Shown: positions 45,761-54,163 of the stretch, piece by piece | How positions within the stretch are numbered: position 1 is the first letter of the stretch | How the letters are laid out: each line of letters begins with the position of its first letter | Origin: Candidatus Parcubacteria bacterium | Lineage (GTDB): Bacteria; Patescibacteriota; Patescibacteriia; UBA1558; GWA2-36-10 | Reading direction: 5' to 3' | DNA length: 64,000 bases | Assembly: GCA_018669975.1 (NCBI GenBank) | Contig: JABHSK010000007.1 | Span: 128,390-192,389, forward strand | The notes under the pieces: model-generated | Database searches by the model: none | What the model saw: the letters and a program-made list of their open reading frames with translations, nothing else | Told to the model about the DNA's origin: nothing | Translations under genes and position numbers: made by a program

Positions 45761-48511
45761 CTATTTACCGTGACATTTTTTATATTTTTTGCCACTACCA
45801 CAAGTACAAGGATCATTGCGACCGACTTTGTTGCCAGCATCATCGCGTGGTTTAGAGGTCTCCAGTGGTTTACTGGCTGCTTCACGAGCAGCTACCTGTT
45901 TCTGGAAAGGATTAAAGCCAGCTTTTTGTTCACTAAACTGTCTTTCTCTTTGTTGACCAGCAGCCATGTTTTTAGCAAAGCCGACTTTGAAGATAGCATA
46001 GACAATCTGTTTGCGTATTGAATCAAGTAGACTGTTAAAAAGATTAAAGGCTTCACGTTTGTATTCAACTAGTGGGTCTCTCTGACCGTAGCCTTGCAGA
46101 CCAATACCAGTACGGAGTTTGTCCATAGCAGTTAAATGTTCTACCCACAGTGTATCGATGCTACGTAATACTATGCCCTGCTCAATCATCTGCATTGGTG
46201 TATAGGTATCATCATTAAGTTGAATATTGTTATTTACATCATAGGTCAGCTTTTGATATTTTTCTTTAGCAATAGCTGAAATATATTCGATCACCTCTCC
46301 TCGCTTGTCGTGGGAGTTTTGTTTTTTATTATTATTGAGTAACTCAGTAATTTTTTCTTCCTCAGATGGTACTACTGGGAATATTGACTTGATAGTTTCT
46401 ATAATTTCTTTAGGGTCAAAGTCGCCAGCATTTTTTTCTGCTAAAGTATGGAAAGAAACCACATTACTGATTTCCTGATCCATATATTCTGTAACGATGT
46501 CAGTAGATGTTTTTTCAGAATTTTGTTCGGTATTAGAAAACATTGTCAAAAGTTCCTGTCGGGTATTATAGATTACTTGTCGGTGCTTATTGATAATGTC
46601 ATCGTATTCAACTAGATGTTTACGGATGTCAAAGTTATGTCCTTCAACTTTTTTCTGAGCTGATTCAATGGATTTGGAGATCATTTTATTTTCAATAGCG
46701 GTATCCTCTGCTAGACCTAATCTTTCCATAACGTTCTTCATTCTGTCAGAACCAAAGATACGCATCAAATCATCTTCCATGGAAATATAGAATTGTGATG
46801 AACCCGCATCACCTTGACGTCCAGCACGACCACGTAGCTGATTATCAATACGTCTAGATTCATGTCTTTCAGTACCAACAACATGTAGTCCACCGGCATC
46901 TTTTACGGTTTTATTTTTCTCCTCATCAAAAGGAGAGCCACCGAGTATGATATCTACACCACGACCAGCCATATTAGTAGCTACTGTGACTGCGCCTTTG
47001 CGACCAGCTTGAGCAATTATCTCAGCTTCTCTTTCATGAAATTTGGCATTAAGTAAATTGTGTGGAATGCCAGCTTTGGTTAGATGTTTACCTAGTAGTT
47101 CATTTTTTTCTATAGAAATAGTACCAACTAATACTGGTTGCCCAGCTTGATGTCGTTCTTCAATTTCTCTGGCAATAGCTTTGATTTTTCCACGTTCACT
47201 TTTATAAATTCTATCCTTCATGTCATTTCTGGCAAAAGGCTTGTTGGTTGGAATGACAGTTACATCTAAACTATAAATCTTAGCCATTTCTTCAGCTTCG
47301 GTAGCAGCTGTACCAGTCATACCAGCTAGCTTTTTGTACATACGGAAATAGTTTTGGAAAGTAACGGTAGCTAGAGTCATGCTTTCTTTTTGTATTTCTA
47401 CGTTTTCTTTAGCCTCTATAGCTTGATGTAAACCTTCAGAATATCGTCTGCCAGGCATCATGCGGCCAGTAAATTCATCAATAATTACTACTTCATTTTC
47501 TCGAACCACATAATCTCTATCTTTTTGGAATAAGGTTTTAGCTTTTAGGGCTTGCTCTAAATGATGGACAGTTTGTAGGCCATGACTTTCATAAATATTA
47601 TCAACATTGAGTAATTTTTCCATTCTACGGATTCCATCTTCAGTCAAAGTACAAGCCTTCATCTTTTCATCAATGTTATAGTCAGTGTTTTCTGTCAGAC
47701 CGTTGACCATTTGAGCAAATTGTTGATATTGAGAGGCGGATTCTTCAGCTGGTGCGGAAATAATCAGTGGAGTTCTAGCTTCATCAATCAATACACTATC
47801 AACCTCATCAATTAATGCATAATGCAAGCTACGCTGCACTTGCCTCTTGGTAGATTGGGCCATATTATCTCTCAGGTAGTCGAAACCAAACTCATTGTTG
47901 GTACCATAGGTAATGTCAGCCTTATAGGCTTCACCTCTTTCTACTGGCTTGAGATAGTCCATGACTATTTCTATGCCCTGATCTCTAGTGGCATCATCTG
48001 TATCTGATTTATATTCAGAGTCATAGATAAAAGAAGAGTCATGGGCAATAACACCACTGCTAATTCCTAAGAATGAAAACACCTGACTCATCCAAACAGC
48101 ATCACGTTTAGCTAGGTAGTCATTAACGGTGATTACGTGTACACCTTTACCCTCTAGAGAATTTAAATAAATAGGTAGAGTGGATGTTAGGGTTTTACCT
48201 TCACCAGTTTTCATTTCAGTGATCTGACCTTGGTGTAGGACAATGCCACCTAAAAGCTGTACGTCATAGTGTCTTTGTCCTAAAGTACGCTTAGCAGCTT
48301 CTCGAACTAAGGCAAAAGCCGGTACCAGTATATCCTCTAACTTGGTACCGCTTTGGACTTGTTTTTTAAAGTCTAAACTTTTCTTTTTTATATCTTCGTC
48401 TGACAACTTCTCAAACTCTACTTCCAAATCATTGATTTGTTTTATTTGTGGTTTGAGGCTATCAAGAAATTTTTGATTGGCGTCTCCGAAAAACTTTTGT
48501 AAAAATTGCAT
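45761..48511 (-). CDS. secA: Preprotein translocase ATPase SecA
   Basis: DEAD-motor motifs and C-terminal zinc finger CTCGSGKKYKKCHG. Confidence 0.95.
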   Translation of the reverse strand: MQFLQKFFGDANQKFLDSLKPQIKQINDLEVEFEKLSDEDIKKKSLDFKKQVQSGTKLEDILVPAFALVREAAKRTLGQRHYDVQLLGGIVLHQGQITEMKTGEGKTLTSTLPIYLNSLEGKGVHVITVNDYLAKRDAVWMSQVFSFLGISSGVIAHDSSFIYDSEYKSDTDDATRDQGIEIVMDYLKPVERGEAYKADITYGTNNEFGFDYLRDNMAQSTKRQVQRSLHYALIDEVDSVLIDEARTPLIISAPAEESASQYQQFAQMVNGLTENTDYNIDEKMKACTLTEDGIRRMEKLLNVDNIYESHGLQTVHHLEQALKAKTLFQKDRDYVVRENEVVIIDEFTGRMMPGRRYSEGLHQAIEAKENVEIQKESMTLATVTFQNYFRMYKKLAGMTGTAATEAEEMAKIYSLDVTVIPTNKPFARNDMKDRIYKSERGKIKAIAREIEERHQAGQPVLVGTISIEKNELLGKHLTKAGIPHNLLNAKFHEREAEIIAQAGRKGAVTVATNMAGRGVDIILGGSPFDEEKNKTVKDAGGLHVVGTERHESRRIDNQLRGRAGRQGDAGSSQFYISMEDDLMRIFGSDRMKNVMERLGLAEDTAIENKMISKSIESAQKKVEGHNFDIRKHLVEYDDIINKHRQVIYNTRQELLTMFSNTEQNSEKTSTDIVTEYMDQEISNVVSFHTLAEKNAGDFDPKEIIETIKSIFPVVPSEEEKITELLNNNKKQNSHDKRGEVIEYISAIAKEKYQKLTYDVNNNIQLNDDTYTPMQMIEQGIVLRSIDTLWVEHLTAMDKLRTGIGLQGYGQRDPLVEYKREAFNLFNSLLDSIRKQIVYAIFKVGFAKNMAAGQQRERQFSEQKAGFNPFQKQVAAREAASKPLETSKPRDDAGNKVGRNDPCTCGSGKKYKKCHGK

Positions 48512-48512
48512 A

Positions 48513-48875
48513 TTATTCTTGATTTCTCCTCCAAAATTTTAATGATTTTATCTTACGGGCACTCTTTCTCCAACGACTTAAGTTTTTATCTTTATACTTA
48601 ACTAATTGTCTAGATAACTTGTCTTGAACTGCGTCGACAGCTGCTCGAGGATCAGAGTGGGTTTCTTTAATCGCGATAGTCTGTTTTTGTGGTAAGGTTA
48701 CTCGGGCTTCTACGGTAAATATTTCACCTTTGTTATGTTTTTGATTACGGGATAGGTTGACATTGAAAGACATTATCTTTTCCTGGTACTTGTCTAAGCT
48801 GTTAAATTTATCTTCCAAATATTCTCTAAATGAATCAGTTAAATCAAAATTTCTATTATAAATTTGTATATCCAT
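48513..48875 (-). CDS. hpf: Ribosome hibernation-promoting factor / RaiA family
   Basis: MDIQIYNRNFDLTDSFREYLEDKF... The longer ORF-track call begins with TTG adjacent to the alaS stop. The internal ATG is preferred. Confidence 0.7.
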   Translation of the reverse strand: MDIQIYNRNFDLTDSFREYLEDKFNSLDKYQEKIMSFNVNLSRNQKHNKGEIFTVEARVTLPQKQTIAIKETHSDPRAAVDAVQDKLSRQLVKYKDKNLSRWRKSARKIKSLKFWRRNQE

Positions 48876-48932
48876 ATTTTTGTTTTTAATGTTTATTACT
48901 TTAAGACTATCAGATAGATAATTAAAGTGCAA

Positions 48933-50678
48933 TTACTCTAAAATAGCCTTGATGCGGCGTATTCCGGCAGAGCTTGATTGTTCTTTTTTTATTTTAAAAT
49001 GACCTAATTCGGCGGTGCTTTTTACGTGTGGACCACCACAAATTTCTTGGGAAAATTTTCCAACTTTATATACCTTGACCATTTCGCCATATTTTTTATC
49101 AAATAGGCCGATAGCGCCCTGCTCTTTAGCTTGGGCAACTGACATTTCTTCACATAGCACTGGTAAATCAAGTTCGATTTGTTGGTTAACTATCTCCTCT
49201 ACTTTAGTTTTTTCTTCGTCAGTCATCTTTTCTGGATGGGTAAAGTCAAAGCGCAGCCGTTGCTCGTTTATGTTGCTACCTTTTTGTTGGACATGATCAC
49301 CGAGGACATCACGCAAAGCTTGATGTAGGAGATGGGTAGCCGTATGAAACTTCTTTGCCATCTCACCATCGTCAGCTAGGCCGCCCTTAAACTTTCCAGC
49401 TGAGGCGGTGCGGGATAATTCCTGGTGTTTATTAAAAGCTTCTTCATATTTTTTTTTGTCCAATTTGATTCCTTTTTCTTCAGCCATTTCCAAAGTCATT
49501 TCTATAGGGAATCCGTAAGTAGTAAATAATATAAAAGCTGCTTCTTCGTTTAGCGCGTCTTGAGAAATAAATTTTTCAAATTCTTTCAAGCCTTTGCTGA
49601 GTGTTTTTGAAAACTTACTTTCTTCTTGATTTAGTTGTTCTAAAATGAATTCTTCGTTATCAAATAGTTCTTTATAGTCAGTTTGATAATTTTTGATAAC
49701 CACTTTAGCTAATTTGGTAGTAAATTTATTTTCTATACCTAATTGTTTAGCAAAACGGATAGCTCGACGAATCAAACGGCGCAGAACATAGCCCTGATCT
49801 TTATTGCCAGGGGCAATATTACAGGGATCACCGAGTATAAAAACAGCACTACGGATGTGATCAGCTACAATTCGGAATGATTTTTTATCATCAGCGTATT
49901 TTTTTTCAGATAAGTCCTCTATTTTCTGAATAATTGGCAAGAACAAATCAGTCATGTAGTTATCATCCATACTATTGAGTACAGCTAGGGTGCGTTCTAG
50001 GCCCATGCCAGTATCAACATTTTTTTGTTCTAGTGGTATAAATTTTCCGTCAGCAGTTTTATTATATTCCATTAGAACATTATTCCAGATTTCTACCCAG
50101 CCTTCATCGTCTTCATTGAATTTGGCTGGTGCCTCACCTTCGCCAGTCCAATAGAAAACCTCTGTATCAGGACCACAGGGACCGGTTTCTCCAGCTGGAC
50201 CCCACCAATTATCTTTTACTTTGCAAATTTTTTCTTGGGGAATGCCCAGATCCAACCAGAATTCTTCTGATTCTTGGTCATACTCGGGCACGTCATCGTT
50301 GCCAGCAAAGATGGAGATGCCTAGTTTATTTTTATTTAATTTAAGGATGCCTACCAAAAATTCCAAAGAAAATTTAATGGTATCTTCTTTGAAGTAGTCA
50401 CCTAAAGACCAATTTCCCAGCATTTCAAAAAAGGTATGATGAGTGGTATCACCAATTTCATCGATATCATCAGTACGCATGCATTTTTGAAAATTGGCTA
50501 GACGCTTACCTTCTGGGTGTTTTTCGCCCATTAAATAAGGTACTAGTGGTTGCATGCCAGCAGTTATAAACAAAACACTTGGGTCATTTTCTGGTATCAA
50601 CGAGGCAGAACCAATAATAGCGTGTTTTTTAGCCTTGAAATACTGAAAAAAGTTGTTTTTTAAGTCTTTTGAGGTCAT
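48933..50678 (-). CDS. alaS: Alanyl-tRNA synthetase, compact form (581 aa; catalytic plus shortened editing region, no C-Ala domain)
   Basis: ...FTSAGM-type core (FITAGMQPLVPY), HTATHLLHQAL and CGGPHV editing-site motifs. Ends about 290 aa short of canonical AlaRS. Confidence 0.8.
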   Translation of the reverse strand: MTSKDLKNNFFQYFKAKKHAIIGSASLIPENDPSVLFITAGMQPLVPYLMGEKHPEGKRLANFQKCMRTDDIDEIGDTTHHTFFEMLGNWSLGDYFKEDTIKFSLEFLVGILKLNKNKLGISIFAGNDDVPEYDQESEEFWLDLGIPQEKICKVKDNWWGPAGETGPCGPDTEVFYWTGEGEAPAKFNEDDEGWVEIWNNVLMEYNKTADGKFIPLEQKNVDTGMGLERTLAVLNSMDDNYMTDLFLPIIQKIEDLSEKKYADDKKSFRIVADHIRSAVFILGDPCNIAPGNKDQGYVLRRLIRRAIRFAKQLGIENKFTTKLAKVVIKNYQTDYKELFDNEEFILEQLNQEESKFSKTLSKGLKEFEKFISQDALNEEAAFILFTTYGFPIEMTLEMAEEKGIKLDKKKYEEAFNKHQELSRTASAGKFKGGLADDGEMAKKFHTATHLLHQALRDVLGDHVQQKGSNINEQRLRFDFTHPEKMTDEEKTKVEEIVNQQIELDLPVLCEEMSVAQAKEQGAIGLFDKKYGEMVKVYKVGKFSQEICGGPHVKSTAELGHFKIKKEQSSSAGIRRIKAILE

Positions 50679-50704
50679 ATTTTTATTATAAAAATCTCTT
50701 AAAT

Positions 50705-50733
50705 TTTAGGATATTTAGCCCTAAAAGTCAATG
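50705..50733 (-). promoter_or_regulatory. Proximal alaS promoter (TTGACT-N17-TAAAAT)
   Basis: Minus-strand read: ccattgacttttagggctaaatatcctaaaat. Confidence 0.45.
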
Positions 50734-50796
50734 GTTTACAGTAATGTTGGACCGATAATCTCGATACAATAGAGATAGGTTCGACGTTTTTTTGGT

Positions 50797-50996
50797 AAAA
50801 AAAGACCCTGCCGAGCAGATGGAGGGTCACACGAAACTCTCGCTATATTTCGTGGACACTATATCCATGCTCGGCAGGGTGATGGGCCGGGGTTGGTTAG
50901 GCATCAGCACTACTTGCGTTAAATAAAACAATTGTAGTTCCTTACATATCAAGGAGAGTCGCTGCTGATTATTGCCAACCCCGTTCAAAGATCAAC
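50797..50996 (-). ncRNA. Structured about 200-nt RNA upstream of alaS: own promoter, nested helices, and a long intrinsic terminator (candidate leader or riboregulator)
   Basis: Promoter TTGACA-N17-TACAAT at 51031..51003. Helices GGGGUUGG/CCAACCCC and AUCAGCA/UGCUGAU. Terminator ACCCUGCCGAGCA...UGCUCGGCAGGGU followed by CUUUUUUU. Confidence 0.4.
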
Positions 50997-51045
50997 CTAT
51001 GTATTGTAAAAAATAATTTTTTGTTTGTCAATTAAAATTTAAGAA

Positions 51046-51215
51046 AAAAAAGATCCTACCGAAGTAGGATCGTGGGAAAATTGAGCTGCCGTCGAAGACT
51101 AGTGGTTGTGTAAATTCTGGTTCCGTCCAGAAAAAGTGTTTGCCCATTTTCTACAGGACCATGCTAGATAATCAACAGCAGCCCTTAATGAGCTACTGAA
51201 TCTACCATAGCGAAA
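51046..51215 (-). ncRNA. Candidate about 150-nt sRNA: promoter TTGACA-N17-TATGGT, terminator GAUCCUAC-UUCG-GUAGGAUC plus a U-run
   Basis: Minus-strand read: ccttgacaaatatctaatatttcgctatggt ... gatcctacttcggtaggatctttttttt. No SD-led ORF. Confidence 0.4.
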
Positions 51216-51236
51216 TATTAGATATTTGTCAAGGCT

Positions 51237-51569
51237 TTAATATTGTGTCTGGGCATCAGCTATAGCTTGCTTGAGTTTTGACCAAGGAATTTGGTCTTCA
51301 CCTAATTTAACAGCTTTTTCTTTAAGTGCGGTTACATCGGGACTAACTTCTGGAAAATTAGCCAAAGAGTCTTCATCGGGGATTTGTTTGTTATTGATAG
51401 TCCTCTTCAATACTATTAAATCTCTCATATTGATTGTGGAGGAAGTCAGTAATTTTTGTAGAATAGCTTCAAAATCAGCTACTATTTCTTCTGGTGTTAT
51501 TTCTTGTTCTTGAGTTGATTCGGTCTCAGTTGTGTTATCTTCAGCTGGTGTATATTTTTCCAAAGCCAT
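51237..51569 (-). CDS. Hypothetical acidic protein (110 aa)
   Basis: ORF of native composition. Confidence 0.4.
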   Translation of the reverse strand: MALEKYTPAEDNTTETESTQEQEITPEEIVADFEAILQKLLTSSTINMRDLIVLKRTINNKQIPDEDSLANFPEVSPDVTALKEKAVKLGEDQIPWSKLKQAIADAQTQY

Positions 51570-51626
51570 ATTTTTTATTTAGTAGTTAATATTGATATTA
51601 TACATTATTTTATATAAATAAAATAC

Positions 51627-51655
51627 TTGACAGTATGCTATGCTTGTATTATAAA
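51627..51655 (+). promoter_or_regulatory. Promoter TTGACA-N17-TATAAA for the HD-domain gene
   Basis: tacttgacagtatgctatgcttgtattataaa; AAAGGAGG SD at 51687. Confidence 0.5.
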
Positions 51656-51700
51656 GTAATGTAAAATATTGAACTTTCCATTTAACAAAGGAGGCTAGAA

Positions 51701-52321
51701 ATGCAAGAAACACCCAAAGTTTCTGGTGCAGCTAGATTTGCTGCTCGCTTTAAGGAGTATTTACCCGAAGATAAGCGTTGGTTCCTCAAAAAGGCCTACC
51801 AGTTGTCCAAAGATGCTCATCGTCCCGTCACTCGCAAAGACGGATTAACCCGTTATTTTGAGCACTGTCGCGGTGCTTGTGAGATTGCTATTGGTGAGCT
51901 TGGCATCAAGGATAATTGGCGGCTTTTGGTCGCTATTCTGATGCACGATGGTCCTGAGGACACATGGTTGATTGATTTTCGTTTGATCGAGCGTGTCTTT
52001 GATAAGACTGTTCGTCTGTGGGTCGAATATGTGACCAAAACCGAAGTCAATAAAGACACCTATGTCCGAGACATACTCAACTGTGGTATTCCCGAAGTAT
52101 TGATCATTAAGCTTTGTGATCGTTTGCATAATCTGCGTACTCTGGGCACCACCCCTGAGAAATTCCAGGTCCGTCAGGCTCTAGAAACTCGTGATGAGTA
52201 TTTGGTAATTGCTGAAAAGCTTATCGAAATATTACCAGCTGACCTCAGATGGCGTGGTGTATATTTGCGCGACAACATCGAGGCTGTTTGTAAGTCTTAC
52301 GAAACAGAGTTTGGTATCTAG
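51701..52321 (+). CDS. Small alarmone hydrolase: stand-alone RelA/SpoT-type HD domain, (p)ppGpp/(p)ppApp pyrophosphohydrolase-like
   Basis: RYFEHCRGACEIA, ILMHDGPEDT (HD), IKLCDRLHNLRTL match the SpoT/Mesh1 hydrolase motifs. 206 aa, no synthetase domain. Confidence 0.8.
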   Translation: MQETPKVSGAARFAARFKEYLPEDKRWFLKKAYQLSKDAHRPVTRKDGLTRYFEHCRGACEIAIGELGIKDNWRLLVAILMHDGPEDTWLIDFRLIERVFDKTVRLWVEYVTKTEVNKDTYVRDILNCGIPEVLIIKLCDRLHNLRTLGTTPEKFQVRQALETRDEYLVIAEKLIEILPADLRWRGVYLRDNIEAVCKSYETEFGI

Positions 52322-52328
52322 TCTATCG

Positions 52329-52358
52329 CCTACCCATATTTTATGGGTAGGTTTTTTA
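52329..52358 (+). terminator. Terminator after the SAH gene
   Basis: cctaccca-tattttta-tgggtagg followed by tttttt. Confidence 0.7.
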
Positions 52359-52447
52359 TATTGACAGCTTTTTTATTTATACATAAGATAAATAGGTATT
52401 GATGTTCGTACCATATAGGCTGTAGTCAAAAACCCAAGGAGGGAATT

Positions 52448-52729
52448 ATGTTAGTATTAGCAGAGAAGGAACTATCTTTTTGGGAAGGAGTGAACACATT
52501 CATTGCCAGGCTGAAATTGGCTGGAAAATCAGATGGGTATGTAATGAGGCAGTTAATGCTTCAAGCTACGGGAAAAACTCAAGGATTGTGCCAAGAGGCG
52601 CAAGAATTGCCGTCATTCGGAGAAAATAAACAAACCTGGTCAGATTTACATCGAGTTGCTAATCATCACAAGCAGGAGTTCCGATGGACAGACGGAGTTT
52701 TTTTGACCCTGGTCAACGCTATTTCTTGA
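52448..52729 (+). CDS. Hypothetical 93-aa protein, cassette gene
   Basis: Promoter TTGACA-N17-TAAGAT at 52361..52389, AAGGAGG SD, terminator ggcgc...gcgcc plus T-run. Confidence 0.45.
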   Translation: MLVLAEKELSFWEGVNTFIARLKLAGKSDGYVMRQLMLQATGKTQGLCQEAQELPSFGENKQTWSDLHRVANHHKQEFRWTDGVFLTLVNAIS

Positions 52730-52796
52730 CAGCCTATAAGGGCGCTTTGTATAAAGAGGCGCCTTTTTTATTTGACTAAATTTAAGAGATATAGTA

Positions 52797-53065
52797 ATTT
52801 ACCTTCAGATTGAACATTTCAACTTGGTGCTCGAAAGAACGGCTGTCTAAGCGTGTGAAAGACCACGTGTAGGGATGTAAAGGTTCGAAGCCTAACAGCT
52901 GGGTGGCGATTGACGTCTTTATCTGTAGGATAGGTGGGAGACATCGAAGCGCTGACGCGAGTCAGAGTGGAGTCATCCTTGAAATACCACTGTTTTAGAC
53001 CTCTCTTTCAAAGCCTTTTCGAGCGCCATCTTTTACGGGTCCTGTCATTTGACAGGACTTTTTAT
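52797..53065 (+). ncRNA. 23S rRNA-like fragment (L1-stalk H76-H78 region homolog) as a stand-alone about 270-nt transcription unit
   Basis: UGUAGGAUAGGUGGGAG...(about 45 nt)...CCUUGAAAUACCAC with the same spacing as E. coli 23S around positions 2110-2180; upstream GGCUGUCU...GUGAAAGACC. Own promoter TTGACT-N17-TAATTT at 52762..52790 and terminator gtcctgtca-tt-tgacaggac plus a T-run. Confidence 0.5.
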
Positions 53066-53078
53066 TTTGATTTAGTAA

Positions 53079-53107
53079 TTGACAAATTATAGAAAAAATG
53101 TTATTTT
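53079..53107 (+). promoter_or_regulatory. Promoter TTGACA-N17-TATTTT for 53158
   Basis: taattgacaaattatagaaaaaatgttatttt. Confidence 0.4.
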
Positions 53108-53157
53108 AGCTAGATTTCGAACTTTGTAAACAATTACTCAAACAAGGAGAAAAAGTA

Positions 53158-53415
53158 ATGAGCCAAGATAGGACTGCTGGAGATTTGATTTTTGAAACCA
53201 TAACAGCTATGGGACAAGAAGAACAGGAACATTGTATTCATTGCAATGAAAAATGGTATTCAATTCACTATCGTGATGGTGTCTGTCATAGTTGTCAGCA
53301 AAAAAATCTTCCTGGTAGGACTGAATTAGCTCGTCGTAGTCGTCACATACGAATCATGTATGGTCTGGGCATTGCTGCCCTGTTGTTTTTGATTGGTAGA
53401 GCAATTTTTGGATAG
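53158..53415 (+). CDS. Zinc-ribbon protein with a C-terminal TM helix (85 aa)
   Basis: CIHC-x13-CHSC plus hydrophobic tail GLGIAALLFLIG. AAGGAG SD. Confidence 0.5.
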   Translation: MSQDRTAGDLIFETITAMGQEEQEHCIHCNEKWYSIHYRDGVCHSCQQKNLPGRTELARRSRHIRIMYGLGIAALLFLIGRAIFG

Positions 53416-53478
53416 TAAAAACCATTAATGTTAAGAGTTTAGAGCTCGAGTAGTTCTTTTCTCTGGAAAGGCAAGTTC

Positions 53479-53670
53479 ATGGCTAAGCTTAAAGTTAAAA
53501 TTTTTAGCGGCAGACGTTCTTCTGTTGAAGGTAAAATCAACGCTTATTTAGCTGGTGGTACAGTCGATAAAATTATCGACACCAAATTGACACCACTCAA
53601 TCCAGGGGCAGAGAGTGATATCAATAATCCTAGTGTTATAGCTATGCTGACCTTCACAGTTAAAGATTAG
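53479..53670 (+). CDS. Hypothetical 63-aa protein
   Basis: Weak SD (ggaaagg). Perfect terminator cagccattc-tcatg-aatggctg plus ttttttt at 53679..53710. Confidence 0.4.
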   Translation: MAKLKVKIFSGRRSSVEGKINAYLAGGTVDKIIDTKLTPLNPGAESDINNPSVIAMLTFTVKD

Positions 53671-53947
53671 TATTTGCTACAGCCATTCTCATGAATGGCT
53701 GTTTTTTTTATTAAAAAAGACCACGTCATTATAACGTGGTCGGAGAATTTTTCAGCTTTTTTAGACTTGCTGTTTTCTCCTTTGGAGAATTGCTTGGTAG
53801 GCAGGGATTTGTTGGAAAGGGATTTTGTGGCTGGAAGCCACTACATTTCGAATGATACTTATGATACGAGGTTGGCGATTTGGTTGAGGTCTACGACGAA
53901 ACAGAGTTGAGTTGCGGGGGTGCTTTTTGCACATATAGCCTCCTCTG

Positions 53948-54163
53948 CTAGTTGAGCTTGTGATAATCTTCGGGAGTCCTGTCCCACTCTGGGACAAAAA
54001 TCCAGAGCAGAATGTAGGCGCCTGCGCCTATTCCGTAGATCCAAATCAGGCAAAACCATAGCATGCGAACAATCCAGGTAGGAATTTTCATCCAATAAGC
54101 AAGGCCGGCACAAACACCGCCGAGCCAATTTTCGTTGGTCATGCGTCGAAATTTACTAGTCAT
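53948..54163 (-). CDS. PspC-domain mini-protein (71 aa)
   Basis: LGGVCAGLAYWMKIPTWIVRMLWFCLIWIYGIGAGAYILLWIFVPE matches the PspC domain. AAAGGAG SD. Minus-strand promoter TTGACA-N17-TATACT at 54239..54211. Confidence 0.75.
   Translation of the reverse strand: MTSKFRRMTNENWLGGVCAGLAYWMKIPTWIVRMLWFCLIWIYGIGAGAYILLWIFVPEWDRTPEDYHKLN

Noticed and set aside
48876-48932. 19-codon N-terminal extension of hpf (MHFNYLSDSLKVINIKNKN)
   Set aside because: It begins with TTG immediately adjacent to the alaS stop. The HPF homology starts at the internal ATG (MDIQIYN...).
50797-50996. T-box riboswitch assignment for the alaS leader
   Set aside because: The conserved T-box sequence (AAUUAGGGUGGUACCGCG) and a recognisable specifier loop were not found by eye. 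It is kept only as a generic structured leader or sRNA.
52879-52895. tRNA T-arm-like sequence GGTTCGAAGCC
   Set aside because: It lies within the rRNA-like element. No acceptor or anticodon arms can be built around it. I scanned the intergenic regions for GTTCGA/GTTCAA T-loop signatures and cloverleaf potential and found no tRNA in this window.
53695-54128. ORFs 53695..53910 (+), 53761..53997 (-), 53859..54128 (-)
   Set aside because: The first starts inside the terminator hairpin of the upstream gene. The others overlap the PspC gene or its flank in other frames, with no SD. They are GC-rich-region shadow ORFs.
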